A DNA stretch of 63,586 nt from Hydrolagus colliei (GCA_035084275.1 CM068771.1:5208415-5272000), one strand, 5' to 3'. Positions 23,361-37,184 are shown, counted from the first letter of the stretch. Numbers and translations: made by a program. The notes: generated by a model not told the origin, from the sequence alone.

Positions 23361-26300
23361 GCTTTTACCGTACTTATTTTAGACCCAAAAGCGAAACATC
23401 TTACCAAAGTATGGGAGTAGGTTATCTCTTGCTGTAAAAAGACAAAGAAATAATGTTAAAGTCAGCGACTGTATTCAGTTCTCAGTTTCCCCATCGATTC
23501 AGGAAATGGTGGCAATTAATTTTTTTTTTAGAGTGAACAATTTTTGTTTTTGATATTTTAGAACATGGAAAGAATGCAGAGATTTATTGCTGTGGAGTCC
23601 TTGATGAGTAGAGCAATCATATCTCAATCCATCAATATCTAACAACTGGTTTCCTACTTACTGCTAAGTAAACAGAGGTGTATGGAGCTTGCCGAAGGTT
23701 TCACCACACCTGGGAGTCAAATCAAAGTCTTTTCACTGGGGGTGAGCACTCAAAACACTATCAAGGTTTTTCTATCTTACCTTCAGCTCTGAGCAAGTAC
23801 TGTATGTCTGTAAAAAGACAAAGAATGGAATGAATTCATAATACCTAGATGGTTAGATTCACTGTAATCATTAAAATCAGCCGTTTCAATATCCCAGATA
23901 CTCACACAATGCCACTCTCATTGCTTGCACATCTCAGACCTTCACAACACTTTGCGTTCACACACAGAGTAACGCTTACTTATTCATGCCTCTGAGCCAT
24001 TATGATTGTGATTATGGAGTGATCAGAGCAGAGCACACACACTCATGTGAAATGAATTTATTGTAATAAAATATCATACCGTGATTGTTAAGTAGTTTCT
24101 CTATCACTGTAAAGAAGACAAGTATATTAGTTTATTAGGTGAGTTCCTTGAGAAAAATAATAATCCTTGCATCTGACACAGTGTTTTGTGGGAAATCCAT
24201 TTGTGCATAGCGACGCCCCCACGATCAGTTATGAAGTGAGTGAGTGATTTTATCTGGGGTGATTGTTGGCCAGGATACCTGGAGAGAGAAACTCCCTTCA
24301 CTTTTCCTCTGAACAGGGAATTGACAGGGAGTGAGGATTAACATCTAATCTGAATCACGATGTATTTGATAATGTTGCATTCTTTCTCCCTCTCTACCCC
24401 AATGCTGCATTGGAGCATCAGCCTGGATTGTGAGCTCAAAGTCCCACTGAATCGGAGCTTGAACCAAAACCTTCTGCCTCAGAGCAAGAGAGCGACTGAG
24501 TCACAAGATAAAACTAACAAATGAAAATCCCCACCTTGAACCATTGAGAGTAGATTTACCTTCTCTTTCAGCTTCTATCTCTGCTTCTGAGAAAAATAAT
24601 GAAACAATACACACAGGTTATGATAATCATATAATTATGGCTATCCTTAAATTCAGCCACTTTCACATTTGAAGGATGTTTCAAAGCATTTATATAATAT
24701 AATAATAATCCTTGAATTTGGTATAGTGCTTTTCATGTCTTCTAGACATCTTAAAGTGCTTCACAGAATATACTGTAAAGTGAATTGAGTGAATATTGGT
24801 GGGCAAAGCTTTACTGTCAAATGTAGATCCTCTTTTGTAGGCAAATACGGCAGCCAATTTTTAACAAGACTCACCCTGCTTGTTAGTCTGCAATACTATT
24901 TGTAGATCTTCCAAAGTCTGATCCCATACCAGGATCTGTGACCCCACCAAATACTACTTTGTCTGACTCCACTGGCTCAGTGTCCATTCCCTCCAATCAG
25001 CCAGTCCTTTACCTACCCCTCCCTCACCCCCCCTCCCTCCCTCCCTCCCTCCCCCTCCCTCCCTCCCTCCCCCTCTCCCCTGGGTTCCAATGCCTCATTC
25101 CAGCCAACCCTCCTTACTGCATGCCCTCAACATTGGGCGGACTTCCTAAATTGCTGGACAGTGAAGTATTTGCATCACAGCTGGGATTGGGATCAAAGGG
25201 AGATGAATGGGATGGGGCGAGGGGTGGAACAGGGAAAATGACTGATGGCGCAGACAAAAGAGGGGAGGCAGTGGTTAGACAGGGTGAATAGAATGTGGGA
25301 TGCAGGGTGGGGGGTAGAGAGGCTAAAGGCTTGACCATTGATGGCAGGACAATGGACATGGATCAGAGTGAGTGGACATAACCGGTCACAAATGGGTGGG
25401 TCAAGGCTGTGCAGGGCTTTGAAGTCGAAGATGAGGTTTTTAAACATATTTAAAGGACGGTAAGCCAGTCGAGCTGGATAAGGATGATAGGATCATGAAG
25501 CCTGGTGCAGTGGAGGATGCAAGCTGTAGCTTGTGTCAAGCTGAGCCACAAGCCTAGTTCTGCAGCTTGAAAAGTTGGGAATTCCAACAAACAAGGATTT
25601 ATGAACGTCGATATCATGAAAAGGAATGAAAATATGGATGGTGTTGGTAATGGCAGAACCAGTCTATGTTGTAGAGAAGGCACAATGTGGGGTAGCAAAG
25701 ATCATTGAGGGTTAACAAGACAGCAGACACTTAGACACATACTTTTTCTTATTTGGTATCTTTTCACACCGAGGATTGTCGCTATGACAGCGATGAAGAC
25801 AAGGACTGAGAAACCAATGAACGCAATAAACCAGGGAGAAGTTCTGTTGAAGAAGATTTCTGGGGAAAGAAATACAGAATATATGGGAAGACAGGGGACA
25901 CAATACAAAAACTCCAGCATTCAAGGTTCTCAGTGAAGAATTGGCAACTCAGAGGTGATGAAATAACTAGCCAACTGCGCCATTTTGATTGATCTGGTGG
26001 TGAACGGGAGAGGGCAGCCATCTTGGTAAAACCATCGATCACCATGGTGGTGAAGGGGAGAAGGCAACAAGCTTGGTAAAACCATCAAATGCCATAAAAC
26101 TAATCCTATTTGATGCAGTGCCTTATCACACCAACTGGGTTCCTTCTTACTCCTTGGTAACCAGAGTCATGTGGAACCTTACCCGACATTTCGCCTTGCC
26201 TGGGATTCAAGACCTCAAACCCTGGACGGGAGATGTCTAGGAGTGAGGCTGAGGCAGAGACAGGTGATGTGGACAATTCACTACGTTCAAAATCCTCTGA

Positions 26301-27634
26301 CTCTTAAAAATACCATCACAGCCTCCTCGATATCCATCAACCAGTCCATTCCACTTTCGGTGGCCATGCTTTGAACCACTACCAAAATCTCTGTAGCTCT
26401 CTCCCTCGAATTACCTAACCGTTTCCCATCTTCAGGTTGCACCTTTGATAATGCTCATGGTCATCTCCTCCCTCATGTTTTGCCACTATCAAGCGCTCTG
26501 TGACACAGATGGAGGGACCCAACATAAGCGCACGTACCTGCAATGCGGACAGTTATCTGCTGATTACATTTGAACACAGGGTTCGTGATGAGACAAGAGA
26601 ACTTGTGGGATCGCTTTGCCGTCACCTTTACTTTGCTCTCCATTCTCTAAAGTCCCCCAGGCTCTTGAAATTTGGTTTCATCTGCTCCTTTCAGCTCCTG
26701 AGGGGTGTCATCTAGCCATATGATCCGGGGTATGGGGAACCAGCCCTGTGTCTTGCACACCATACTCACCCCCTCATCATTCACTCCCAGCAGGTCAATC
26801 CAGGGCTGCATACCATTCACTGTGGGCAAACATGAAATCCATCATTACAACAAGAATGATACCCCTGGGGCTCTGTGCGCAGGAAGTGATAATGCCAGTG
26901 CTCTAAGGGCACTTCCTACTTAGCGAAAGTGACATCAACAATGCTCCTAGGGATGGTATACACTAGTGATGACAATGATGCTCCCAGGCAAGGCCCATAT
27001 GCATGAAGTGATGTGAGCAGTTCTTACAAATTGCCCATGTTTTGGATGGCTCCCACTGTGAGACATTGGCTCAGGTGTTGGGGGAGAGGGGAAAGATGAA
27101 AATGGCAGTGAAAGGATGGTTGTGGACGGAGAAGGTGGTAAATCACTAACCTGTTATTTCCAGGATCATCACCATTTCCCTCTGTTCAGTTAAAGAGCTG
27201 ACAAGACATGTATAGTTTCCTTCATCTGAAATCGTGACGGAGCCGAGATGGAGAGAGACGTTGCCAGCAGCGATTTGCTCAGGGAACAGCTTGGCCCGGC
27301 CCTGGTAGCCGGAGCCCAGTTTGTCCCGACGAGGGTCCACCTCTCGGTGCTCGTAGACCAGATTATCCCATTTGAACTTGTACCATCGCTCCTCCATATT
27401 CTGTAGTTTTTTTGGGGTTATCCAACACGGCAAAATGACATCCTCCCCAATCACGGCAATAACCGACTGCTTTGGTCCATCCACAGTGAAGCCAGCTGTG
27501 AAAAAACAAATCATAATAAAGTGGTCACTCATTCCACAGCTGTTTGTGGAGGTATGTTCTTTGGGTGAGAGGGAACACCTCATTCCTGCTCTGTGATCTT
27601 TGCCGTGGATAGAATATGTAATCCCACATATGCC

Positions 27635-28283
27635 TTAAGAAGGCATATGGGATACAAGGCTTTATAAATAGGGGTATAGAGTACAAAAGTCAGGAAGTGC
27701 TGACTAACCTCTATAAGACTTTGTTGAGGCCTCAGTTGGAATACTGTGTTCAATTCTGGTCACCACACTACAGAAAGGATGTGAAGGCATTGGAAAGGGT
27801 ACAACGAAGATTTACTAGGATGGTGCCAGGATTGAGGGACTTCAGCTATGAGGAGAGGCTAGATAGGCTAGGGTTATTCTCTCTGGAGCAGAGAAGATTG
27901 AGGGGAGACCTAATAGAGGTTTATAAGATCATGAGGGGTTTCGACAGGGCAAATAGAGAAAAACTATTTCCACTCGTGGGTGAATCTGTGACTCGTGGTC
28001 ACAGATTTAAAATAGTTTCAAGGCGAAGTAGAGGGGAGCTGAGGAGAATTTTTTTCACTCAGCGAGTTGTTGGAATCTGGAATGCATTGCCTGAAAAGGT
28101 GGTGGAGGCTGATTCCATAACAACTTTTAAAAGGGAATTAGATCTTTATTTAGGGAGAACAGGTCTATTAGGCTATGGGGAGCGGGCAGGGCAGTGGGAT
28201 TGAATCGCTCTTTTCAAAGAGCCGGCACAGACTAGATGGGCCGAATGGCCTCCTTTTGTGCCGTAAAATTCTATGAATCTATG
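27635..28283 (+). mobile_element. CR1 LINE, 5'-truncated young copy in BTN-B intron 1
   Basis: Open RT C-terminus LYKTLLRPQLEYCVQFWSPHYRKDVKALERVQRRFTRMVPGL...FFTQRVVGIWNALP, then a 3' UTR GGCCGAATGGCCTCC and an ATTCTATG-type tail. Confidence 0.92.
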
Positions 28284-28999
28284 TTTGTGGAACGTCACTG
28301 AGTGCAATGGGGCTGCCACTTCTTGCCCACAAAACAGTCACTTTACCCGTGAAGAAATTTGGAACATCCTGACATGAATGATGTAGTAACGGCCTCCAAG
28401 GAAAACTTACAACAATAACAAAATTCAACTTGTGAAGCACCTTTCACATCGGTAGGATTATACCCCAACCAGTACCATTCAAGGGGTTGGAGATACAAGG
28501 CAACAGAAAAAGTGCTCACCGGAGACTGAGAAATGAATCACCAACTGGATGGCTCCAACTGAACATCTCATGTCCATCGTTCAAGAGACCAGACTCCACC
28601 AGATATCATCACTAAGCAAGACAGGGGAGCAAAACAACATAACAATTATTTGACGTTCTGAGATGTCTCAAAGCGCCTCATATATACCTCACTGGCAAGT
28701 GTAGTGACTGCGTTTTCGTAGAATCATAAAAGCATAGGACATTCAGCCAATTGTGTCTATCCTCGCTCTTTCAAAGAACTGCCAGGAGTCCCTCTCCGCA
28801 CTTTTCAAGAACTTATCCAATTGCCTTTTGAAATCGACGATCAAATGTGCTTCCATCACACTTTCAGGCAGTGCAATCCAGACCACAGCAGCTCTGTGTC
28901 AAAAACACGTCTCCTCATCTCCCCTCTGGTTTTTACTCAATTATCTTAAATCTGTGTCCTCTGGTTACCTACCAACAACAAGAACAACAATTTACATTT

Positions 29000-29350
29000 A
29001 TAGAGCGCCTTTCACGTCGGGAGGACGTCCCAAGGCGCTGAACAAAAGACGTGTGACCCGAGCTGGGAGGGGAGTGTTTGGGAAGGGGTGAAACATGAAG
29101 GGGAGGTAAAAGAGTTCGGGGTGGAACAAAAGGCACGATCGAAGAGGAAAGTCTTCAAACTGGCCTTGAAAGAGGAAAGGGAAGAGGCGAAACGGAGGGA
29201 TTGAGGGATGGCATTCCATAGGGTGAGAGCGGAGAAACTGAAGGCCCGGCCTCCGATGGTGGGGCAGTTCGGGCGGGGGGCTTGGAGCAGGCCAAGTCCT
29301 GTTGAACGGAGGGTCCGGGTGGGCGTGTAGGCGTGTAGGGGGAGAGTAGA
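29000..29350 (-). mobile_element. L2 3' end, near-identical to copies at about 45750-46160(+) and 53100-53510(-)
   Basis: Shared long matches such as GTGACCCGAGCTGGGAGGGGAGTGTTTGGGAAGGGGTGA and a conserved tail. Confidence 0.8.
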
Positions 29351-29409
29351 TCGGTTAGGTAGGAACCAGCAATTGGAAACAGTTTATCTCTGCCTACTCT
29401 TATCAAAAC

Positions 29410-32400
29410 CCACCCAAGTACAAAGCCCCACCCCAACATACAGCCCTCCCTGACACACAGCCCCTCCCCAACACACAGCCCCACCCCAACACAAAGCCCC
29501 ACCCCAACACAAAGCCCCACCCCAACACACAGCCCCACCCCAACACACAGCCCCACCCCAACATACAGCCCCACCCCAACATACAGCCCCACCCCAACAC
29601 ACAGCCACTCCCCAACACACAGCCCCACCCCAACACAAAGCCCCACCCCAACATACAGCCCCACCCCAACACACAGCCCCACCCCAACACACAGCCCCAC
29701 CCCAACATACAGCCCCACACCAACATACAGCCCCACCCCAACACACAGCCACTCCCCAACACACAGCCCGACCCCAACACAAAGCCCCACCCCAACACAA
29801 AGCCCCACCCCAACACACAGCCCCACCCCAACATACAGCCCCACCCCAACATACAGCCCCACCCCAACATACAGCCACTCCCCAACACACAGCCCCACCC
29901 CAACACAAAGCCCCACCCCAACATACAGCCCCACCCCAACACACCGCCCCACCCCAACATACAGCCCCACCCCAACATACAGCCCCTCCCCAACATACAG
30001 CCCCTCCCCAACACACAGCCCCACCCCAACACACAGCCCCACCCCAACACACCGCCCCACCCCAACATACAGCCCCACCCCAACATACAGCCCCACCCAA
30101 CACACAGCCCCTCCCCAACAGAAAGCCCTCCCTAACACAGCCCTCCCCAATACACAGCCCCACCCCAACACACAGACCTCCCCAACACACAGCCCCTCCC
30201 CAACACACAGCCCATCCCAACACACAGCCCTCCCTAACACAGCCCATCCCCAACACACAGCCCCACCCCAACACAAAGCCCTCCCTAACACAGCCCTCCC
30301 CAATACACAGCCCCACCCCAACACACAGCCCTCCCCAACACACAGCCCTCCCTAACACAGCGCCTCCCCAACACACAGCCCTCCCCAACACACAGCCCTC
30401 CCCAACACACAGCCCCTCCCCAACACACAGCCCATCCCAACACACAGCCCTCCCTAACACAGCCCCTCCCCAACACACAGCCCCACCCCAACACAAAGCC
30501 CCACCCCAACAGACAGCCCCACCGCAACATACAGCCCCACCCCAACATACAGCCCCACCCCAACATACAGCCACTCCCCAACACACAGCCCCACCCCAAC
30601 GCCCCACCCCAACATACAGCCCCACCCCAACACACCGCCCGACCCCAACATACAGCCCCACCCCAACATACAGCCCCACCCCAACATACAGCCCCTCCCC
30701 AACACACAGCCCCACCCCAACACAAAGCCCTCCCTAACACAGCCCTCCCCAATACACAGCCCCACCCCAACACACAGACCTCCCCAACACACAGCCCCTC
30801 CCCAACACACAGCCCATCCCCAACACACAGCCCATCCCAACACACAGCCCTCCCTAACACAGCCCCTCCCCAACACACAGCCCCACCCCAACACAAAGCC
30901 CCACCCCAACAGACAGCCCCACCGCAACATACAGCCCCACCCCAACATACAGCCCCACCCCAACATACAGCCACTCCCCAACACACAGCCCCACCCCAAC
31001 GCCCCACCCCAACATACAGCCCCACCCCAACACACCGCCCCACCCCAACATACAGCCCCACCCCAACATACAGCCCCACCCCAACATACAGCCCCTCCCC
31101 AACACACAGCCCCACCCCAACACAAAGCCCTCCCTAACACAGCCCTCCCCAATACACAGCCCCACCCCAACACACAGACCTCCCCAACACACAGCCCCTC
31201 CCCAACACACAGCCCCTCCCCAACACACAGCCCATCCCAACACACAGCCGTCCCTAACACAGCCCCTCCCCAACACACAGCCCTCCCTAACACAGCCCTC
31301 CCCAATACACAGCCCCACCCCAACACACAGCCCTCCCCAACACACAGCCCTCCCTAACACAGCCCCTCCCCAACACACAGCCCTCCCCAACACACAGCCC
31401 CTCCCCAACACACAGCCCATCCCAACACACAGCCCTCCCTAACACAGCCCTCCCTAACACAGCCCATCCCAACACACAGCCCTCCCTAACACAGCCCCTC
31501 CCCAACACACAGCCCCACCCCAACACACAGCCCCTCCCCAACAGACAGCCCTCCCTAACACAGCCCATCCCAACACACAGCCCTCCCTAACACAGCCCCT
31601 CCCCAACACACAGCCCCACCCCAACACACAGCCCCACCCCACCACACAGCCCCTCCCCAACACACAGCCCCACCCCCAACACACAGCCCCTCCCCAACAC
31701 ACAGCCCCTCCCCAACACACAGCCCCTCCCCAACACACAGCCCCTCCCCAACACACAGCCCCTCCCCAACACACAGCCCCTCCCCAACACACAGCCCCTC
31801 CCCAACACACAGCCCCACCCCCAACACACAGCCCCTCCCCCAACACACAGCCCCTCCCCAACACACAGCCCCACCCCCAACACACAGCCCCACCACCAAC
31901 ACATAGCCCCTCCCCAACACACAGCCCCTCCCCAACACACAGCCCCTCCCCAACACACAGCCCCACCCCCAACACATAGCCCCTCCCCAATACACAGCCC
32001 CACCCCCAACACACAGCCCCACCCCCAACACATAGCCCCTCCCCAACACACAGCCCCTCCACAACACACAGCCCCTCCACAACACACAGCCCCTCCCCAA
32101 CACACAGCCCCACCCCCAACACATAGCCCCTCCCCAACACACAGCCCCACCCCCAACACACAGCCCCACCCCCAACACATAGCCCCTCCCCAACACAGAG
32201 CCCCTCCCCAACACAAAGCCCTCCCTAACACACAGCCCTCCCTAACACACAGCCCCTCCCCAACACACAGCCCCACCCCAACACACAGCCCCACCCCAAC
32301 ACAGCACTCCCCTAATACACAGCCCCTCCCCCAACACACAGCCCCTCCCAACACACAGCCCTCCCCAACACACAGCCCTCCCTAACACAGCCCTCCCCAA

Positions 32401-35035
32401 CACACAGCCCCTCCCTAACACAGCCCCTCCCCAACACACAGCCCCACCCCAACACAGCCCTCCCCTAATACACAGCCCCTCCCCCAACACACAGCCCCTC
32501 CCAACACACAGCCCTCCCCAACACACAGCCCATCCCAACACACAGCCCTCCCTAACACAGCCCATCCCAACACACAGCCCTCCCTAACACAGCCCCTCCC
32601 CAACACACAGCCCCACCCCAACACACAGCCCTCCCCAACACACAGCCCCTCCCCAACACACAGCCCTCCCCAACACACAGCCCTCCCTAACACAGCCCCA
32701 CCCCAACACACCACCCCACCCCAACACACAGCCCTCCCCAACACACAGCCCCTCCCCAACACACAGCCCCTCCCCAACACACAGCCCTCCCCAACACACA
32801 GCCCCTCCCTAACACAGAGCCCCTCCCCAACACAGAGCCCCTCCCCAACACACAGCCCCTCCCCAACACACAGCCCCACACCAACACACACCCCACCCCA
32901 ACACACAGCCCCTCCCCAACACACAGCCCCTCCCCAACACACAGCCCCACCCCAACACACAACCCCTACCCAACACACAGCCCCACCCCAACACACAGCC
33001 CCACCCCAACACACAGCCCCACCCCAACATACAGCCCCTCCCCAACACACAGCCCCTCCCCATCACACAGCCCCTCCCCAACACACAGCCCCACCCCCAA
33101 CACACAGCCCCACCACCAACACATAGCCCCTCCCCAACACACAGCCCCTCCCCAACACACAGCCCCTCCCCAACACACAGCCCCACCCCCAACACATAGC
33201 CCCTCCCCAATACACAGCCCCACCCCCAACACACAGCCCCACCCCCAACACATAGCCCCTCCCCAACACACAGCCCCTCCCCAACACACAGCCCCTCCAC
33301 AACACACAGCCCCTCCCCAACACACAGCCCCACCCCCAACACATAGCCCCTCCCCAACACACAGCCCCACCCCCAACACATAGCCCCACCTCCAACACAT
33401 AGCCCCTCCCCAACACACAGCCCCTCCCCAACACACAGCCCCACACCAACACACACCCCACCCCAACACACAGCCCCTCCCCAACACACAGCCCCTCCCC
33501 AACACACAGCCCCACCCCAACACACAACCCCTACCCAACACACAGCCCCACCCCAACACACAGCCCCACCCCAACACACAGCCCCACCCCAACATACAGC
33601 CCCTCCCCAACACACAGCCCCTCCCCATCACACAGCCCCTCCCCAACACACAGCCCCACCCCCAACACACAGCCCCACCACCAACACATAGCCCCTCCCC
33701 AACACACAGCCCCTCCCCAACACACAGCCCCTCCCCAACACACAGCCCCACCCCCAACACATAGCCCCTCCCCAATACACAGCCCCACCCCCAACACACA
33801 GCCCCACCCCCAACACATAGCCCCTCCCCAACACACAGCCCCTCCCCAACACACAGCCCCTCCACAACACACAGCCCCTCCCCAACACACAGCCCCACCC
33901 CCAACACATAGCCCCTCCCCAACACACAGCCCCACCCCCAACACATAGCCCCACCCCCAACACATAGCCCCTCCCCAACACAGAGCCCCTCCCCAACACA
34001 AAGCCCTCCCTAACACACAGCCCTCCCTAACACACAGCCCCTCCCCAACACACAGCCCTACCCCAACACACAGCCCTCCCCTAATACACAGCCCCTCCCC
34101 CAACACACAGCCCCTCCCAACACACAGCCCTCCCCAACACACAGCCCATCCCAACACACAGCCCTCCCTAACACAGCCCACCCCAACACACAGCCCTCCC
34201 TAACACAGCCCCTCCCCAACACACAGCCCCACCCCAACACACAGCCCTCCCCAACACACAGCCCCTCCCCAACACACAGCCCTCCCCAACACACAGCCCT
34301 CCCTAACACAGCCCCACCCCAACACACCACCCCACCCCAACACACAGCCCTCCCCAACACACAGCCCCTCCCCAACACACAGCCCCTCCCCAACACACAG
34401 CCCTCCCCAACACACAGCCCCTCCCTAACACAGCCCCTCCCCAACACAGAGCCCCTCCCCAACACAGAGCCCCTCCCCAACACACAGCCCCACCCCAACA
34501 CACAACCCCTACCCAACACACAGCCCCACCCCAACACACAGCCCCACCCCAACACACAGCCCCACCCCAACATACAGCCCCTCCCCAACACACAGCCCCT
34601 CCCCATCACACAGCCCCACCCCAACACACAGCCCCACCCCAACACACAGCCCCACCCCAACACACAGCCCCACCCCAACACACAGCCCCACCCCAACACA
34701 CAGCCCCACCCCAACACACAGCCCCACCCCAACACACAGCCCCACCCCAACATACAGCCCCTCCCCAACACACAGCCCCTCCCCAACACAGCCACTCCCC
34801 AACACACAGCCCTCCCTAACACACAGCCCTCCCTAACACACAGCCCCACCCCCAACACACAGCCCCTCCCCAACACACAGCCCCTCCCCCAACACACAGC
34901 CCCTCCCAACGCACAACTGACCTCAATACACAGCCCCTCCCCAACACAGCCCTACCCTAATATACAGCCCCTCCCCAACACAGCCCATCCCCCAACACAC
35001 AGCCCCTCCCAACGCACAACTGACCTCAATACACA
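29410..35035. repeat. About 5.6 kb GC-skewed minisatellite, 17-19 bp unit AGCCCCTCCCCAACACAC with higher-order block duplications
   Basis: Continuous tandem variants; diagnostic variants recur at 400 bp (30511/30911) and 565 bp (33061/33626) spacing. Confidence 0.97.
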
Positions 35036-35039
35036 GCTC

Positions 35040-35510
35040 TCTTCGTCGCCGCCACCAACTAAACTCTCCTGAGGCAGCGAGCCGCGAGCGCCGACCGTTA
35101 GGAGCCGAGGAGCACGCGGAGGGAGGGGAGGAGCGGCGCCTGCGCGGTAGCGGCCGATACCCTTATAGGGTCAGACCACGTGGTGATGATCGTCGCGGGC
35201 GGCCAATGGGCGTCTGTCTGTCAAATCGGGAGGGGGGGGGGGGGAGCGCGAGAGAAGAGAGAGCCGCGAGCGAGCGGCGACCGTTAGGCGGCTCAGACCG
35301 TGAGGCGCCGAGGAGCGCGCGGAGCCCCGGCTCGGGTCAGACCACGTGCTGAGGTGATTGGCGGGCGGCCAATGGGGGACGCGGCAGGAGCCCCACGTGA
35401 TGACGGGGGGGGGGGTGGGGGGAAGAACGGGAGAGAGAGGCGCGAGCGGCGGCAGTTACAGCTCCAGCTTCACACCCCACCCCCCATTGGGGACAGTTAG
35501 AGAGAGGTGC
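35040..35510. promoter_or_regulatory. CpG-rich promoter-like module with CACGTG E-boxes, CCAAT boxes and CGACCGTTAG motifs
   Basis: Dense CpG; two related GGGTCAGACCACGTG...GCGGGCGGCCAATGGG units; inverted homolog at about 54310-54550. Confidence 0.55.
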
Positions 35511-36064
35511 CCCTCTCCCCATCAAAACTTACATGTATATAGCGTCTTTCACGTCGAGAGGACGTCCCAAGGCGCTGTATGGGCAGGTAGGGACCAGAGC
35601 AGGGCGGGGGGGGGGTGGAGGGGAGGAGAATTGACTGTACATTTGTGGGCGACACGCGGCAGCCAAATCACGCACAGCAGCGTCCCACAAACTGTCATGG
35701 AAGTGGGGTTAGGGGGGGAAAGATGGCAAGGGGGGAGAGGGAGGGTAAGGTGGGGGGGGGGCCAAAATGTTATCTATATCCTCTTGCAGATGGTTGCTAT
35801 CCTCCTCACTGGTTACTATTCTCCCTAACGTTAGTGTCATCTGCAAACTTGGAAACTGTGCTCCCCACACCATCCAAGTCCAGATCATTAATAGATATAT
35901 TCAAAAGAGCAGCCAGCGGTCCCCGAGCCGATCCCTAGGGGGCGCCACTGCTCACTTCCCTCCAGTCTGAAAAACAGCTGCTCACCACAACTCTCTGCTG
36001 TCTGTCTGGCAGCCAGTTGTGGATCCATCCTTGCCACTGCCCCTGTGGGCCTTTACTCTCCTAA

Positions 36065-36465
36065 TAGATTCATAGAATCATAGAATTTTACGGCACAAAA
36101 GGAGGCCATTCGGCCCATCTAGTCTGTGCCGGCTCTTTGAAAAGAGCGATTCAATCCCACTGCCCTGCCCGCTCCCCATAGCCTAATAGACCCGTTCTCC
36201 CTAAATAAAGATCTCATTCCCTTTTAAAAGTTGTTATGGAATCAGCCTCCACCACCTTTTCAGGCAATGCATTCCAGATTCGAACAACTCGCTGAGTGAA
36301 AACATTTCTCCTCAGCTCCCCTCTACTTCGCCTTGAAACTATTTTAAATCTGTGACCACGAGTCACAGATTCGCCCACGAGTGGAAATAGTTTTTCTCTA
36401 TTTGCCCTGTCGAAACCCCTCATGATCTTATAAACCTCTATTAGGTCTCCCCTCAATCTTCTCTT
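36065..36465 (-). mobile_element. CR1 LINE 3' end, near-identical to 27890-28283
   Basis: MRGDLIEVYKIMRGFDRANREKLFPLVGESVTRGHRFKIVSRRSRGELRR is identical to the 27.7 kb copy; same tail. Confidence 0.92.
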
Positions 36466-37184
36466 AATACTTAATATTTAATACTTGGACTTGCACTTGT
36501 CTTGCAAGCTGGGGAGACCTGTGTTCGAATCCAGGCAGGTCAGGGCGCAGCCTTGGGCAAGTTTCCTTGCTCCACACACCTAATAATAATCCCTCCAAAA
36601 AAACAAAACACACAAAAAAATAAAATGATAAAAATTGGTCATTTCAATCCACGGCTGTCTATGGGACACTACTGTGCGCAATTGGCTGCCGCGATTTGCC
36701 CACAAATATACAGTCAATTCACTTTACAGTATCAAAACACAAAATACTACAGATGCTGGGTATCTGAAACAAGTCCTGATGAAGGGTTGTAGACCCAAAA
36801 CGTTGACTCTTTTTCCTTTCTCCATGGATGCTGTTTGACCTGCTGAGTTTCCCCAGCGACTTTTGTTTTTGTTTCACTTTACAGTATATACTGTGAAGCG
36901 CTTTGGGACATTGATAAGATGTGAAAAGCACTATATCAGATTCAAGGATTATTAGTATATTATTATATATTATAAAGTGGGGAAAGGGAGAGAAGGAAGA
37001 AGAAGGAAAGCGGGGGGGAGGTTAGGGGGGAGGATTAAACAATAACAATGAACAACAAAAGCCTTAATAATAATAATAGTCCAGTAACCGCTCCTTGTCC
37101 TCGTCACCCGCCTGGACCATCTTTAAAATGGCGGGAAACAGTGCCCAGTGTGGTGACAAGCCCTAATACCGACCGGCTCCTCAG

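Larger units (their letters stand above)
22361..28577 (-). pseudogene. Butyrophilin-like BTN-B, full exon set with one in-frame TAG in the IgC exon
   Basis: Exons 28520-28577 (58), 27151-27495 (345), 26538-26819 (282), 25743-25859 (117), 24560-24586, 23781-23807 and 23405-23431 (27 each), 22361-22938 (578). Sizes and phases match BTN-A except for a longer terminal exon. Codon 26647-26649 is TAG where BTN-A has TGG (EPGGLWR versus EPGGL*R). Confidence 0.85.

Noticed and set aside
27697-28203. Active autonomous retrotransposon
   Set aside because: All CR1 and L2 copies are truncated fragments of under 1 kb lacking ORF1 and the endonuclease.
29155-34909. Dozens of long G/V/L/C/W-rich minus-strand ORFs (up to 443 aa)
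   Set aside because: They are translations of the 18-bp minisatellite, open in all frames because the unit lacks stops; no coding signature.
29410-35035. CRISPR-like array
   Set aside because: The repeats are contiguous with no unique spacers, there are no cas genes, and the context is vertebrate.
35932-35945. CTCF-like CTAGGGGGCGC core
   Set aside because: It lies within a decayed CR1 GVPQGS-coding segment and mismatches two key positions.
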